A stretch of 32,000 bases of DNA, taken from the NCBI GenBank assembly GCA_963663995.1, contig OY760660.1, forward strand, positions 1,020,001 through 1,052,000. Reading direction: 5' to 3'. Below, piece by piece: positions 1 to 9,496 of the stretch. The notes under the pieces were generated by a model. It was not told the origin of the DNA. It searched no databases and saw only the letters and a list, made by a program, of their open reading frames with translations. Source of the DNA: Erysipelotrichaceae bacterium. GTDB taxonomy: Bacteria; Bacillota_I; Bacilli_A; Erysipelotrichales; Erysipelotrichaceae. Made by a program: the position numbers and the translations under genes. Each line of letters begins with the position of its first letter. Positions within the stretch are counted from its first letter, which is position 1.

Positions 1-217
1 GTTCTGGATTAACATCCACACTCATCAACATCTGACATTCATGACATTTAGTTGTCATATCAGTAAACATCTTAATGACATTTTCTGGGTTGTCCTTAAC
101 CGAAAACATGCTAGAGAACACTCTTTTAAAACCAGCATTTGATGCCTTTTCCATATAAGCATAGATATCTTCTACACTTGCGACATCTGGATAAATTGAT
201 ATACCTAATGATTTCAT
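1..217 (-). CDS. DUF871/MupG-like (6-phospho-N-acetylmuramidase family) protein, N-terminal part; gene runs off the left edge
   Basis: Reverse-strand ATG at 217-215, with AAGGAG (rc of 225-230) 7 nt upstream. Translation MKSLGISIYPDVASVEDIYAYMEKASNAGFKRVFSSMFSV...MLMSVDVNPE fits the N-terminal pattern I recall for DUF871 proteins. Confidence 0.5.
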   Translation of the reverse strand, partial: MKSLGISIYPDVASVEDIYAYMEKASNAGFKRVFSSMFSVKDNPENVIKMFTDMTTKCHECQMLMSVDVNPE

Positions 218-370
218 GTTTAAACTCCTTATTATTTAATGGTTCGTCTATTTAAATCATAGCACTTTGATGAATGTGAATTGATACTTAAAACAAAGTT
301 TTATCTAAATAATGCTTTACTTTATCACTTTATTATAGTAAAGTAGTAAAGTATTTAAGGAGAGTCTGCG

Positions 371-442
371 ATGAATACAAAACATTACACACATCACACA
401 TCTTCTCACCACCATCATTTGATGGCTTTTTGCGTTATCTAA
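371..442 (+). CDS. Putative his operon leader peptide (23 aa, MNTKHYTHHTSSHHHHLMAFCVI; 7 His, 4 of them consecutive)
   Basis: Strong SD AAGGAGAG at 357-364, 6 nt before ATG 371. His codons at 383, 392, 395 and a run at 407-418. TAA at 440-442. Followed by an intrinsic terminator and then hisG. Confidence 0.7.
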   Translation: MNTKHYTHHTSSHHHHLMAFCVI

Positions 443-473
443 ACTGTAATAAACATTACAAACACTTAGGTAT

Positions 474-499
474 GCGCAAGAAAATCTTGCGCTTTTTTT
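474..499 (+). terminator. Rho-independent terminator (attenuator) between the leader peptide and hisG
   Basis: GCGCAAG (474-480) / CTTGCGC (486-492) form a 7-bp stem with a 5-nt loop, followed by a run of 7 T (493-499). It lies 30 nt upstream of the hisG ATG. Confidence 0.75.
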
Positions 500-529
500 A
501 TAAAATAACCCTATAGGAGAAAATAACTT

Positions 530-1237
530 ATGAATACCATTACCATTGCTTTACCAAAAGGAAAAAGACTTCTTGGATCAGCTTATGATATTTTCAAGAA
601 TGCTGGGATTACATCTGCATTATTAGAATCGGAAATGAAAGATGCGAAAGGAAAACTTTTAGAGTTTAAATCAGATTGTGGAAACTATAACTTCATCTTA
701 CTTAAAGTGGCCGATATTCCTCAATACATTGATCGAAACTGGGCAGAACTTGGTGTCGCAGCCTTTGATAACTATCGTGAGTATGAGTTAGAAAATGCTA
801 CTTTAAAAAACAGTTTACGAGGTGATAACTTTGCTTCTGATTTACTCCCTGATTTAGAACTATGTCCACAATCTCGTTTCTGTGTAGCAGGCCGTCCTGA
901 AGTATTAGACTTTTATGAAAGTTGTAAGAATAGTGAAGAAAAAATCTTAACGGTTGCGACTTCAAATCCAGCCATTGCCAATCACTATTTCACTACAAAA
1001 GGGATCATTGCCGATATTATCACGATTGGTGGATCATCTGAAGTTATGCCTAAGTTTGGGAATGTTGATTGTATTTTCGATATTGTTGAAAGTGGTAGAG
1101 CTTTAAAAGAAAATGGTTTAATTATCTTTGAAGAAGCAATGCAAATCAAAACAAAAGTATTATTTTCAAAAGCTGCTTTAAAATATAGTGAGAAAGCACA
1201 AAAAATTATGGAGGTGCTCAGTAATGCGCTTCAATAA
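530..1237 (+). CDS. hisG: ATP phosphoribosyltransferase, short (HisZ-dependent type) form, 235 aa
   Basis: N-terminus ITIALPKGKRLLGSAYDIFKNAGI is typical of HisG. No C-terminal regulatory domain. First gene of the his operon. RBS TAGGAGA lies upstream. Confidence 0.85.
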   Translation: MNTITIALPKGKRLLGSAYDIFKNAGITSALLESEMKDAKGKLLEFKSDCGNYNFILLKVADIPQYIDRNWAELGVAAFDNYREYELENATLKNSLRGDNFASDLLPDLELCPQSRFCVAGRPEVLDFYESCKNSEEKILTVATSNPAIANHYFTTKGIIADIITIGGSSEVMPKFGNVDCIFDIVESGRALKENGLIIFEEAMQIKTKVLFSKAALKYSEKAQKIMEVLSNALQ

Positions 1238-2435
1238 AGAAATAAAAGAAAGATCAATGGATTCAAACTTAGAAATCGAAACGATTGTAAGAGATATTAT
1301 CGTTGATGTTCGTCTCAATGGTGATGCAGCCCTTCGTAAATATAATGAGAAGTTTGATAAATATACTGGTGATTTTATCATTCAGCCAGAAGTCACAGAA
1401 GAAGAAAACTTCATGCGTATCTTAGAGCGTGCAAAAGCTCAAATTACAGATTTTCACATCAATCAACTTAATAAAGGTTTTGAACTAAAAAAAGAGAATG
1501 GTGTCATCATGGGTCAGTTTGCGAGACCTATTAAAAGAGTTGCCGTTTATGTGCCGGGCGGAAAAGCCTCCTACCCTTCTTCAGTTTTAATGAATGTACT
1601 TCCAGCTCAAATTGCCGGTGTCAAAGAGATTGCAGTTTTTACCCCAGATCCATCCAATGAAGTCTTAATGGCTTGTAAAGTATGTGGCATTCATTCGATC
1701 TATAAGATAGGTGGAGCTCAAGCGATTGCGGCGGCTGCTTATGGGACTGAAAGTATTAAAAAATTTGATAAGATTGTGGGCCCAGGTAATATTTTTGTGG
1801 CAACCGCTAAAAAACAAGTTTATGGAGATGTTGATATCGACATGATTGCTGGACCATCTGAAGTTCTTGTGATTGCAGATGAAAAGGCAAACCCTGCCTA
1901 TATTGCAGCAGATCTCATGTCACAAGCTGAACATGATGAAATGGCACGCGCCATCCTAATCACGACTTCTCAAACAATCATTGATGAAACTGAAAAAGAG
2001 ATTGATAAACAAATAAAAACACTAAATCGTAAGAACATTATTGAGAAAAGTTTAAATGATTATTCAACAGCGCTCTTGGTTAACACAATTGAAGAAGCGA
2101 TTGAATGTTCTAATGATATTGCCCCAGAACATTTAGAGTTACTAGTTGAAGATCCCTTTAAATATTTAGATCTCATTGATAATGCTGGTTCTGTTTTCTT
2201 AGGTGAAAATGCTCCTGAACCTTTAGGGGATTATATGTCAGGAACAAATCATGTTCTACCGACTTCAGGAACAGCTAAGTTCTATTCACCATTAGGAGTG
2301 TATGATTTTATTAAATATTCTTGTTATTCCTATTATCCAAAAGAAGTCTTAGAAACATTTAAGGATGATGTAGTTGAATTCGCAAACAGAGAGGGACTAG
2401 ATGCTCACGCAAATAGTTTAAAGGTACGTTTCTAA
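1224..2435 (+). CDS. hisD: Histidinol dehydrogenase
   Basis: ATG 1224 has GGAGG at 1210-1214; the ORF-track start at 1188 has no RBS. HisD-like motifs are present (VYVPGG.ASYPSSVLM, GPGNIFV, SQAEHD). Operon context. Confidence 0.9.
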   Translation: MRFNKEIKERSMDSNLEIETIVRDIIVDVRLNGDAALRKYNEKFDKYTGDFIIQPEVTEEENFMRILERAKAQITDFHINQLNKGFELKKENGVIMGQFARPIKRVAVYVPGGKASYPSSVLMNVLPAQIAGVKEIAVFTPDPSNEVLMACKVCGIHSIYKIGGAQAIAAAAYGTESIKKFDKIVGPGNIFVATAKKQVYGDVDIDMIAGPSEVLVIADEKANPAYIAADLMSQAEHDEMARAILITTSQTIIDETEKEIDKQIKTLNRKNIIEKSLNDYSTALLVNTIEEAIECSNDIAPEHLELLVEDPFKYLDLIDNAGSVFLGENAPEPLGDYMSGTNHVLPTSGTAKFYSPLGVYDFIKYSCYSYYPKEVLETFKDDVVEFANREGLDAHANSLKVRF

Positions 2436-3370
2436 TGGCATATGTCGCTGGTTTTCAACCAAAAGGTGAAGGCTATATCAAACTCAATACCAATGAGAAT
2501 CCTTATCCTCCTAAAGTTAGCTTAGAAGATATTGATTTGACTAAACTAAAACTCTACCCAGATCCTGATAGCACAAAATTAAGTACAGCTATCGCAGAAA
2601 AATTTAATGTTGATGTTAAGAATGTCTTTGTGGGAAATGGAAGTGATGAAGTCATTGCCTTAATCTATGAAACTTTCTTTAGAAATCAAGTATTATCACA
2701 ACCTGATATCTCTTATGGATTCTATCCCGTTTGGACAGATTTCTACGCTGCTAAAGCAAACTATATTCCACTTAAGAATTGGACGATTGATTTCAGTGAA
2801 TATCGTGGTAACTGCATTATTGCAAACCCAAATGCCCCAACGGGTGTTGGGATTAAAATAGATTCAATACCACAAGATGGAATCGTTGTTATTGATGAAG
2901 CTTACATTGATTTCTCAGATATTCCTTCAGCTATTGAATTAGCCAAGAAATATGACAATTTACTCGTTGTTCGGACCTTCTCAAAATCTTATTCACTTGC
3001 CGGTCTTAGAGTTGGATTTGCGATAGGAAATGAAAAACTAATTGAGAAATTAAACGATAGTAAAAATAGTTTTAACTCTTATCCTATCGATATGATTGCG
3101 GAAAATTTAGCCACCCAAGCGATTCAACAAGATCCAATTGTTGAAGAAGTTAAAAAGACACGGGCTTGGTTAGAAACTCAAATTGATTGCTTACCCTCTG
3201 ATGCCAACTTTGTCTTCTGGAAGATAGAGAACGCAAAAGAGATGTATGATTATCTTATGGAACACAAAATCGTGGTTCGATATTGGGATAAGTTCCCAGA
3301 TCGTATCCGTGTATCAATTGGTACACAGGAAGAAATGGAGGCCTTTGTAAAATGCGTCAAAGCCAAATAG
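2435..3370 (+). CDS. hisC: Histidinol-phosphate aminotransferase (311 aa, shorter than the ~350 aa I recall as typical)
   Basis: [10 protein letters not shown] motif and PLP-lysine region [21 protein letters not shown] overlap with the hisD stop. Confidence 0.9.
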   Translation: MAYVAGFQPKGEGYIKLNTNENPYPPKVSLEDIDLTKLKLYPDPDSTKLSTAIAEKFNVDVKNVFVGNGSDEVIALIYETFFRNQVLSQPDISYGFYPVWTDFYAAKANYIPLKNWTIDFSEYRGNCIIANPNAPTGVGIKIDSIPQDGIVVIDEAYIDFSDIPSAIELAKKYDNLLVVRTFSKSYSLAGLRVGFAIGNEKLIEKLNDSKNSFNSYPIDMIAENLATQAIQQDPIVEEVKKTRAWLETQIDCLPSDANFVFWKIENAKEMYDYLMEHKIVVRYWDKFPDRIRVSIGTQEEMEAFVKCVKAK

Positions 3371-3930
3371 AAAGAAATACAAAAGAAACACAAATTAAAC
3401 TTAGTCTTAATTTGGATGAGAAAAGTCAGAATTCAATTAATACAGGTATTGGTTTCTTAGATCACATGTTAGATTTATTTGCCTTTAGAGCAGGTATTAC
3501 TCTAAATATTGAATGCAAAGGTGATCTTTATATTGATGGACACCACAGTGTTGAAGATATTGGCATTGCTTTAGGTTTGGCTTTAAAAGAAGCTTTAGCT
3601 GATAAAAAAGGGATTCAACGTTATGGCAGTTCAAGATGTCCCATGGATGAAACATTAGTTAGTGTTGATTTAGATTTAGCCAATCGTGCATTTCTAGTCT
3701 TTAATGCTGAACTTTGTGCTGAGCGTGTTGGTGAACTTGAAACAGAATTAGTGGAAGAATTCTTTAGAGCGCTTGCCTTTAATTCTGGGATGACTCTACA
3801 CATTAATGAATTGTATGGTAAAAATACGCACCACAAAATTGAAGCGATTTTTAAAGCTTTCGGGATGGCTTTAAAAGCCGCGATTGAAATTACTTCAAAT
3901 GAAATCCCATCCACTAAAGGTGTTCTTTAA
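3352..3930 (+). CDS. hisB: Imidazoleglycerol-phosphate dehydratase (monofunctional)
   Basis: Motifs [41 protein letters not shown] at 3337-3341. Confidence 0.92.
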   Translation: MRQSQIERNTKETQIKLSLNLDEKSQNSINTGIGFLDHMLDLFAFRAGITLNIECKGDLYIDGHHSVEDIGIALGLALKEALADKKGIQRYGSSRCPMDETLVSVDLDLANRAFLVFNAELCAERVGELETELVEEFFRALAFNSGMTLHINELYGKNTHHKIEAIFKAFGMALKAAIEITSNEIPSTKGVL

Positions 3931-4478
3931 TGGTTACGATTGTTGATTACAATTGCGGAAACATTAAATCTGTTTTAAATGCTTGTAAGCGAGCTGGTAT
4001 AGAAGCTAAGTTATCAAAAAATATTGATGATGCTGATGCGATTATTTTGCCAGGTGTTGGTGCTTTTAAAACAGCGATGGATAATTTAGGACCTTTAGCT
4101 GAAGAACTCAAGAAAACAGACAAACCTATTTTAGGGATTTGTTTAGGCATGCAAATTCTTTTTGAAAGAGGTTTTGAAGGTGAAGAAATAAAAGGTTTAG
4201 GTTTATTAAAAGGTGATGTTAAATTAATCCCAACCAATGCTAAACTTCCTCATATGGGTTGGAATACGTTAAGTGAAACTAAAGAGGATGTTTACTTTGT
4301 CCACTCTTACATGGCTGACTTTAATGAAACAACCATTGAGTATGTTGATTATGCTGGGGTTAAAGTTCCGGCAACTGTTGGTCAAGGTAAAATCATGGGC
4401 ACTCAATTTCACCCAGAAAAAAGTGGTAAAGTGGGGGAAGCTATTTTGAAAGGATGGGCACAAAAATGGGGCTTATAA
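3930..4478 (+). CDS. hisH: Imidazole glycerol phosphate synthase, glutamine amidotransferase subunit
   Basis: Class I GATase motifs LPGVGAF, GICLGMQ (nucleophile Cys) and FHPEKS. TAATG overlap with hisB. Confidence 0.92.
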   Translation: MVTIVDYNCGNIKSVLNACKRAGIEAKLSKNIDDADAIILPGVGAFKTAMDNLGPLAEELKKTDKPILGICLGMQILFERGFEGEEIKGLGLLKGDVKLIPTNAKLPHMGWNTLSETKEDVYFVHSYMADFNETTIEYVDYAGVKVPATVGQGKIMGTQFHPEKSGKVGEAILKGWAQKWGL

Positions 4479-5155
4479 TTCCAGCAATTGATTTACTCAA
4501 TGGACAAGCTGTTCGTCTATATAAGGGTGATTATGATCAAAAAACTGTTTATAGCGATAATCCATTAGAAATTGCCCAAAAATTTAAAGATATGGGGGCA
4601 AGCCTCATTCATATCGTAGACTTAGATGGCGCAAAATCAGGAGATAACCCTAACTTTGAAGTCATCACACAAATCGCTAAGATTATCGATATTGAAGTCG
4701 GTGGTGGTATCCGTAATGCCGATATCGTTGAGAAATATTTACAAGTCGCAAAGCGCGTCATATTGGGTACTGTTGCGGTTAAAGATCCACAATTCGTTAT
4801 TGATATGGTCAAAAAATATGGCAATGAAAAGATTGTTGTAGGGGTTGATGTTAAAGATGGAAAAGTGGCCGTTCATGGTTGGACTGAAAAATCAGATCTT
4901 GATTATTTAGAATTTATTAACTCTTTACCTTGTGACATCATCATTGTTACTGACATCTCAAAGGATGGAACTTTAAAAGGACCTAATTGGGAGATGTATA
5001 AACAAATTCAAAATAAACGCGTGATTGTATCTGGTGGTGTAGCTACAGATGCAGATCTAGATAATCCCTATTATGGAACAATTGTTGGTAAGGCTTACTA
5101 TGAAGGAAAGGTGGATCTTGAAACATGCTTAAGAAAAGAATCATCCCCTGCTTAG
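4466..5155 (+). CDS. hisA: ProFAR isomerase (1-(5-phosphoribosyl)-5-[(5-phosphoribosylamino)methylideneamino]imidazole-4-carboxamide isomerase)
   Basis: [18 protein letters not shown]..., GGGIR. An alternative in-frame ATG at 4454 (the ORF-track start) sits directly on the putative SD GAAAGGA, so 4466 is preferred. Confidence 0.88.
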   Translation: MGLIIPAIDLLNGQAVRLYKGDYDQKTVYSDNPLEIAQKFKDMGASLIHIVDLDGAKSGDNPNFEVITQIAKIIDIEVGGGIRNADIVEKYLQVAKRVILGTVAVKDPQFVIDMVKKYGNEKIVVGVDVKDGKVAVHGWTEKSDLDYLEFINSLPCDIIIVTDISKDGTLKGPNWEMYKQIQNKRVIVSGGVATDADLDNPYYGTIVGKAYYEGKVDLETCLRKESSPA

Positions 5156-5874
5156 ATATAAAAGATGGTCATGTCGTCAAAGGAATAAATTTTGAAGGCT
5201 TAGTTAATGTTGGTGATCCTGTTGAGATTGCGAAGCGTTATGAAGATCAAATGGCTGATGAAGTTGTTTTCTTAGATATCACCGCTACCCACGAAAATAG
5301 AGATACGATTTATGAATTGATAGAAAGAGCTGGCTCAGTGCTTTCTATTCCACTTACTGTTGGTGGTGGTATTCGTACTCTAGACGATTTTCGTAAAATC
5401 TTAAATAGTGGTGCTGACAAAGTTTCAATTAACTCATCAGCTGTAAATAATCCACAACTGATTAAAGAGGCATCTGATGAATTTGGATCTTCAACGGTTG
5501 TTGTAGCGATAGATTCTAAAGATTTTGAGGTTTATATCAATGGAGGTCGTAAAGCGACTGGACTAAATTTAGTTGAATGGGCTAAAAAAGTTGAAGAGTT
5601 AGGTGCTGGAGAAATTTTACTCACTTCAATGAATGCCGATGGTACACAAGATGGTTATGATATCGCTCAAACGAAAGCTGTTTGTGATGCAGTAAATATC
5701 CCCGTTGTCGCTTCAGGTGGTTGTGGTTCTATCGATGATATTATAGAAGTCTTTAAAGAAACCAATTGTGATGCTGCCTTAGTCGCTAGTTTATTCCACT
5801 ATGGAAAAGCAACAGTTGATGAAGTTAAAGAAGCAATGGAAAGGAATGATATCCCATGTCGGATCTTAAAATAA
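5125..5874 (+). CDS. hisF: Imidazole glycerol phosphate synthase, cyclase subunit
   Basis: [23 protein letters not shown] motifs. Overlaps hisA by 31 nt. Confidence 0.92.
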   Translation: MLKKRIIPCLDIKDGHVVKGINFEGLVNVGDPVEIAKRYEDQMADEVVFLDITATHENRDTIYELIERAGSVLSIPLTVGGGIRTLDDFRKILNSGADKVSINSSAVNNPQLIKEASDEFGSSTVVVAIDSKDFEVYINGGRKATGLNLVEWAKKVEELGAGEILLTSMNADGTQDGYDIAQTKAVCDAVNIPVVASGGCGSIDDIIEVFKETNCDAALVASLFHYGKATVDEVKEAMERNDIPCRILK

Positions 5875-6500
5875 AATTTAATGATAAAGGCCTAGTTCCT
5901 GTCATTGTACAAGACTATTATTCAGGTAAAGTCTTAATGTTTGCTTATGCAAACCAAGAAGCATATGACTATATGTTAGCTAATAATGAAACTTGTTTCT
6001 ATTCACGCTCTCGTGATGAACAATGGCATAAAGGTGAAACATCTGGAAATACCCAAATTATCAAGTCAATGGCTTTTGATTGTGATAATGATACTCTACT
6101 TGTTCAAGTACAACAAAATGGTATTGGCGCATGTCATCGCAATACCTTCTCTTGTTTTGATGGAGGAGAAATAGGACAATTCTCAATACTTGATGATTTA
6201 TACAAACAAATTGATGATCGTGCTCATCACCCTGTTGAAAAATCATATACGAACTACTTATTAGATAGTGGTTTAGATAAGATATGTAAAAAGGTAGGAG
6301 AAGAAGCCACTGAAACGATTATTGCAGCTAAAAACGCACATAATGGCGATCTTGTTGAAGAGTTATCTGACCTTACTTATCACTTAATGGTACTTATGTA
6401 TAAACAAGGTGTTAGCTTAGATGATCTAAAAGCTAAACTTGTTGAAAGACACGAAGTATCTGGTAATTTAAAAGATAAAAACACTAAAGGTGACTATTAG
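5856..6500 (+). CDS. hisI: Bifunctional phosphoribosyl-AMP cyclohydrolase / phosphoribosyl-ATP pyrophosphatase
   Basis: N-terminal HisI part (LVPVIVQD..., SRSR...[10 protein letters not shown]....SCF) fused to a C-terminal HisE part (YTNYLL..G.DKI.KKVGEEA.E). Confidence 0.9.
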   Translation: MSDLKIKFNDKGLVPVIVQDYYSGKVLMFAYANQEAYDYMLANNETCFYSRSRDEQWHKGETSGNTQIIKSMAFDCDNDTLLVQVQQNGIGACHRNTFSCFDGGEIGQFSILDDLYKQIDDRAHHPVEKSYTNYLLDSGLDKICKKVGEEATETIIAAKNAHNGDLVEELSDLTYHLMVLMYKQGVSLDDLKAKLVERHEVSGNLKDKNTKGDY

Positions 6501-6501
6501 A

Positions 6502-6538
6502 AAAATCACTTATCCAATAAATGGGTAAGTGATTTTTA
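6502..6538. terminator. Bidirectional intrinsic terminator between hisIE and the convergent HAD gene
   Basis: AAAAATCACTTA[T]CC (6502-6515) / GGGTAAGTGATTTTT (6523-6537): 14-nt arms with one T/G mispair around the loop AATAAAT, flanked by A-runs/T-runs on both strands. Confidence 0.8.
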
Positions 6539-6540
6539 AT

Positions 6541-7347
6541 TTACTCTGTTTTACTTTTAATAACTTCTTTAATAACTTTTAAGACACCTTCTTTTTCATT
6601 TGATTCAGCGATGTACTTTGCAAATTCTTTTAGTTCTTCTTGAGCATTCTCAACAATGTAACTATATTTAACTGATTCTAGCATTTCTTTGTCATTCATT
6701 GCATCTCCAAATGCCATCATTTCATCGAAATTAATGTCTAAAATTCCAGCTAGTTCACGTAATGCTTTCCCTTTATTAACGCCTTTAAGTGTTAAATCGA
6801 TCCAGACACTATGACCCAATACAATCTCATAATCTTTTTCCAATTGACTTTTAACACCATCATTAAAATACTTTCTAGCATTATTATTGGGATAGTAAAC
6901 TGAGATCTTAATAATATCGTCTTGATAGTTTTTCAAATCATCCAAAATTTTGATTGGGTTAAAATACCAACTCATTTCATCAAAATGCTTTTTGTGTCGT
7001 TCATGCATATAAGCTGAAGTAATCCCAAATAACACCGGAATTCCTGCATCTTGAGTATCAAAGTAATCAATAATTGTATCTAAATCATCTTTAGAGAAAA
7101 CATGTGCGTCTAATACTTTACCAAAGCGCTCTATCGATGCACCATTATCACCAAGAATTGAAATCTTATCCGTATACGTTCCCATAAACTCTCTTATTTT
7201 AAACATTGGTCTTCCACTAGCAATGACAAATTCAACTCCTAAATCTAATAATTGATCTAAGTAATTGAAAAACTCTGAAGGTAACTTACCTTCTTTAGTT
7301 AGTAAAGTATTATCCATATCTGAAGCTATTAGTCGTATTTTTTTCAT
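6541..7347 (-). CDS. Cof-type HAD-IIB family phosphatase/hydrolase
   Basis: HAD motif I ASDMDNTLL, cap-type insert, motif IV FGDAMNDKEM. 268 aa. Confidence 0.8.
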   Translation of the reverse strand: MKKIRLIASDMDNTLLTKEGKLPSEFFNYLDQLLDLGVEFVIASGRPMFKIREFMGTYTDKISILGDNGASIERFGKVLDAHVFSKDDLDTIIDYFDTQDAGIPVLFGITSAYMHERHKKHFDEMSWYFNPIKILDDLKNYQDDIIKISVYYPNNNARKYFNDGVKSQLEKDYEIVLGHSVWIDLTLKGVNKGKALRELAGILDINFDEMMAFGDAMNDKEMLESVKYSYIVENAQEELKEFAKYIAESNEKEGVLKVIKEVIKSKTE

Positions 7348-7441
7348 TTTATGTTCCTATTCCTATTCTTATTTTAATTTAAATTGGTAATTTATGCCTT
7401 TTCACCTTAAAATTTAATTAATAATTACAAGTGAGAAAACT

Positions 7442-7927
7442 ATGCCAAAAATTGAAGTTAATAATATAGATAAAGATCTACTAATAGATGACATCAACAA
7501 AAGTTTAAATATAAACAATTCAATTACTCAAATTAATCTCAACGATATTATTAGATGTGATCTTATTGAGACAAGAGGATCATATGGTAAAACCGGTTTT
7601 GCTAAAGCATTTTCAACAAGTTTTCTTGGAGAACAAAGTCACATTTTGACATCTTTTTGTATAGAAATTCAAACAAGTGAAGACACATATTTATTTGAGT
7701 TACTTAAAACACCATTAAAATCAAACACTTTTATATTTAAAAATATTAAAAAAAATGCAGAACAATTTTTAGTCAAAATTAAATCATATGTTCCAGATAG
7801 CCCAGTGGTGTTAACAAACTTAAGTTACATCGAAGAATTACGTGAATTAAAAAAATTACTTAATGAGAATATCTTAACCCAAGAAGAATTTGAACAAAAG
7901 AAACAAAGAATATTGAATTCAAAATAA
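7442..7927 (+). CDS. Hypothetical protein with a C-terminal SHOCT-like short helical domain
   Basis: C-terminus IEELRELKKLLNENILTQEEFEQKKQRIL matches the SHOCT pattern. The N-terminal ~125 aa are unrecognised. Confidence 0.55.
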   Translation: MPKIEVNNIDKDLLIDDINKSLNINNSITQINLNDIIRCDLIETRGSYGKTGFAKAFSTSFLGEQSHILTSFCIEIQTSEDTYLFELLKTPLKSNTFIFKNIKKNAEQFLVKIKSYVPDSPVVLTNLSYIEELRELKKLLNENILTQEEFEQKKQRILNSK

Positions 7928-7952
7928 AGATGAGTCGAATGACTCATCTTTT
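7925..7952. repeat. Left copy of the 28-bp target-site duplication (palindromic terminator hairpin)
   Basis: TAAAGATGAGTCGAATGACTCATCTTTT is identical to 9497-9524. It is itself a hairpin: AAAGATGAGTC-GAAT-GACTCATCTTT. Confidence 0.85.
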
Positions 7953-9496
7953 CAGGCTGTTGACAAATAAAGTTGACAGTCTTTTTTTGTGATTTAGAAG
8001 AAAAGAGTGAAATGGTAAAATAGAGATAGATAAAACGAGGGTTTAAGTGATGTATAAAGAACGTAAATTTAGCCAAGAAAATATCATTATGATGAGTATG
8101 GAAGAGATGGTCCCCAAGGATCATCTTTTACGTAAAATTGATAAAAGTATGGATTTTAGTTTTATCAACGAAAAGACAAAACACTTATATAGTTCTAACT
8201 CAGGAAGAAACTGTATTGAACCAGTAGTCTTATTTAAAATCGTGTTCTTACAGTATTTATATGGAATTAAATCCATGCGCGCAACCGTTAAACAATGTGA
8301 AACAGATGCGTCCTTTAGATGGTTTCTAGGAATTCCTTTTGGTCAGAGTGTTCCTCATTATTCAACCTTCTCACAAAACTATATAAGACGTTATTCAAAG
8401 AGTGATATCTTCGAAGAGATCTTTGAAGAAGTCTTGAATAAAGCCATCTCAAAATAACTGGTAAGTGGACGAGACTTATTTACGGATTCAACCCACATTA
8501 AAGCGAATGCGAATAAGAAGAAGTATGAAATAGAAGTTAAACAAGTGGTTAAACAACGTAAGTTAGAGTTAGAGAATGAGATTAATCACTTAAGAGAAGA
8601 GATGGGTAAAGATGCATTTGAGTATGAAGATGAGACTGAACGTAAAGAAATTAAAATCTCAAAGATTGATTCAGATAGTGGCTATTATCATCGAGATGAG
8701 AAAGAAAAAGGCTTTATGTATCTCGATCATCGGACTGTTGATGGATTAAACAACTTTATTGTCGATGCCTATGTCACTCCTGGAAATGTCCATGATTCAA
8801 AACCATATATTTCAAGAGTTGAGTATATCTTAAATAAATATGGCTTTCATACAAAGAATGTAGGATTAGATAGCGGGTATTACAGTTGGGATATTTTAGA
8901 GTCATTAGAGAAGAAAGATATCTATGGTGTAGTAGCTTATCGACGATTCAATAAAGCGAGTCAAAAAGGCTTTAAGTATAATGAAGAGAATGATGTCTAT
9001 GTCTGTCCAATCGGTTGTGTCTTACCTTTAAAAAATATTGATAAATTAGGATATAAACAGTATCACGATTCTAAACAATGTCAGGGATGTCCGCTTCTTC
9101 AAAGCTGTGCAGGCAAATCGAATAAAAAAGTAATGAGACGACACATCAAACAAGAAGTGTATGAGCGTGCCAAAGATCGAAGACTAAGTAATCACGGTAA
9201 GCAACTCTATGCACGACGCAAGACAACGGTTGAGAGAAGTTTTGCGGATAGTGAACAAAATCATGGATACCGATATGCGACTTATCGAGGACTAGCCAAA
9301 GTACAGAATTACGTTTGGTTGTCTTGTGCTGTTCAGAATATGAAAAAGATGGCTTTACTGCTTCATGAGCACCCTCAAGAAACCTTAAAACCATCATTAA
9401 AACTAATAAAATTTCACTTCGAACAGCTCATCAGCTGTTTTTTAATCCACAAAAGAAAAAGTACAGCTTATAAAAGCCGTACTTGTCATCAGTCTG
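7953..9496 (+). mobile_element. IS1182-family insertion sequence (about 1.54 kb)
   Basis: Imperfect terminal inverted repeats CAGGCTGTTGACAAATA (left) versus rc CAGACTGATGACAAGTA (right), 14/17 matching. Flanked by an exact 28-bp direct repeat. Encodes a DDE transposase with an N-terminal DUF772-like region and a C-terminal ERSFADSEQNHGYRYATYRGLAKV motif. Confidence 0.8.

Noticed and set aside
300-356. Inverted and tandem repeats upstream of the his leader (CTTTACT ... AGTAAAG TAGTAAAG) as an operator
   Set aside because: The repeats are short and AT-rich, and I could not place a convincing -35/-10 promoter relative to them. Noted but not supportable as a feature.
1178-6246. Short antisense or out-of-frame ORFs inside the his genes (e.g. 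1178-1381, 2667-2861, 3621-3914, 3947-4237, 4269-4463, 4609-4841, 5986-6246)
   Set aside because: All are embedded in strongly supported conserved genes. They have low-complexity translations and no RBS, as expected from chance ORFs in AT-rich DNA. The same applies to 9146-9397, 11064-11258, 17691-17891, 18580-19107, 19359-20165, 20955-21404, 24205-24399, 26612-26818, 29233-29541 and 30488-30679.
7348-7441. Short tandem repeats (TTCCTATTCCTATTCTTAT) and other AT-rich mini-repeats as a possible CRISPR array or repeat array
   Set aside because: These are 6-nt units in 2-3 copies within a divergent promoter region. There is no repeat-spacer periodicity anywhere in the window.
8455-8457. In-frame TAA in the transposase as a sign of stop-codon reassignment
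   Set aside because: TAA terminates many conserved full-length genes here (hisB, hisH, argG, argF, tpx and others), and TGA and TAG also behave as stops. A nonsense mutation in one IS copy is the simple explanation.
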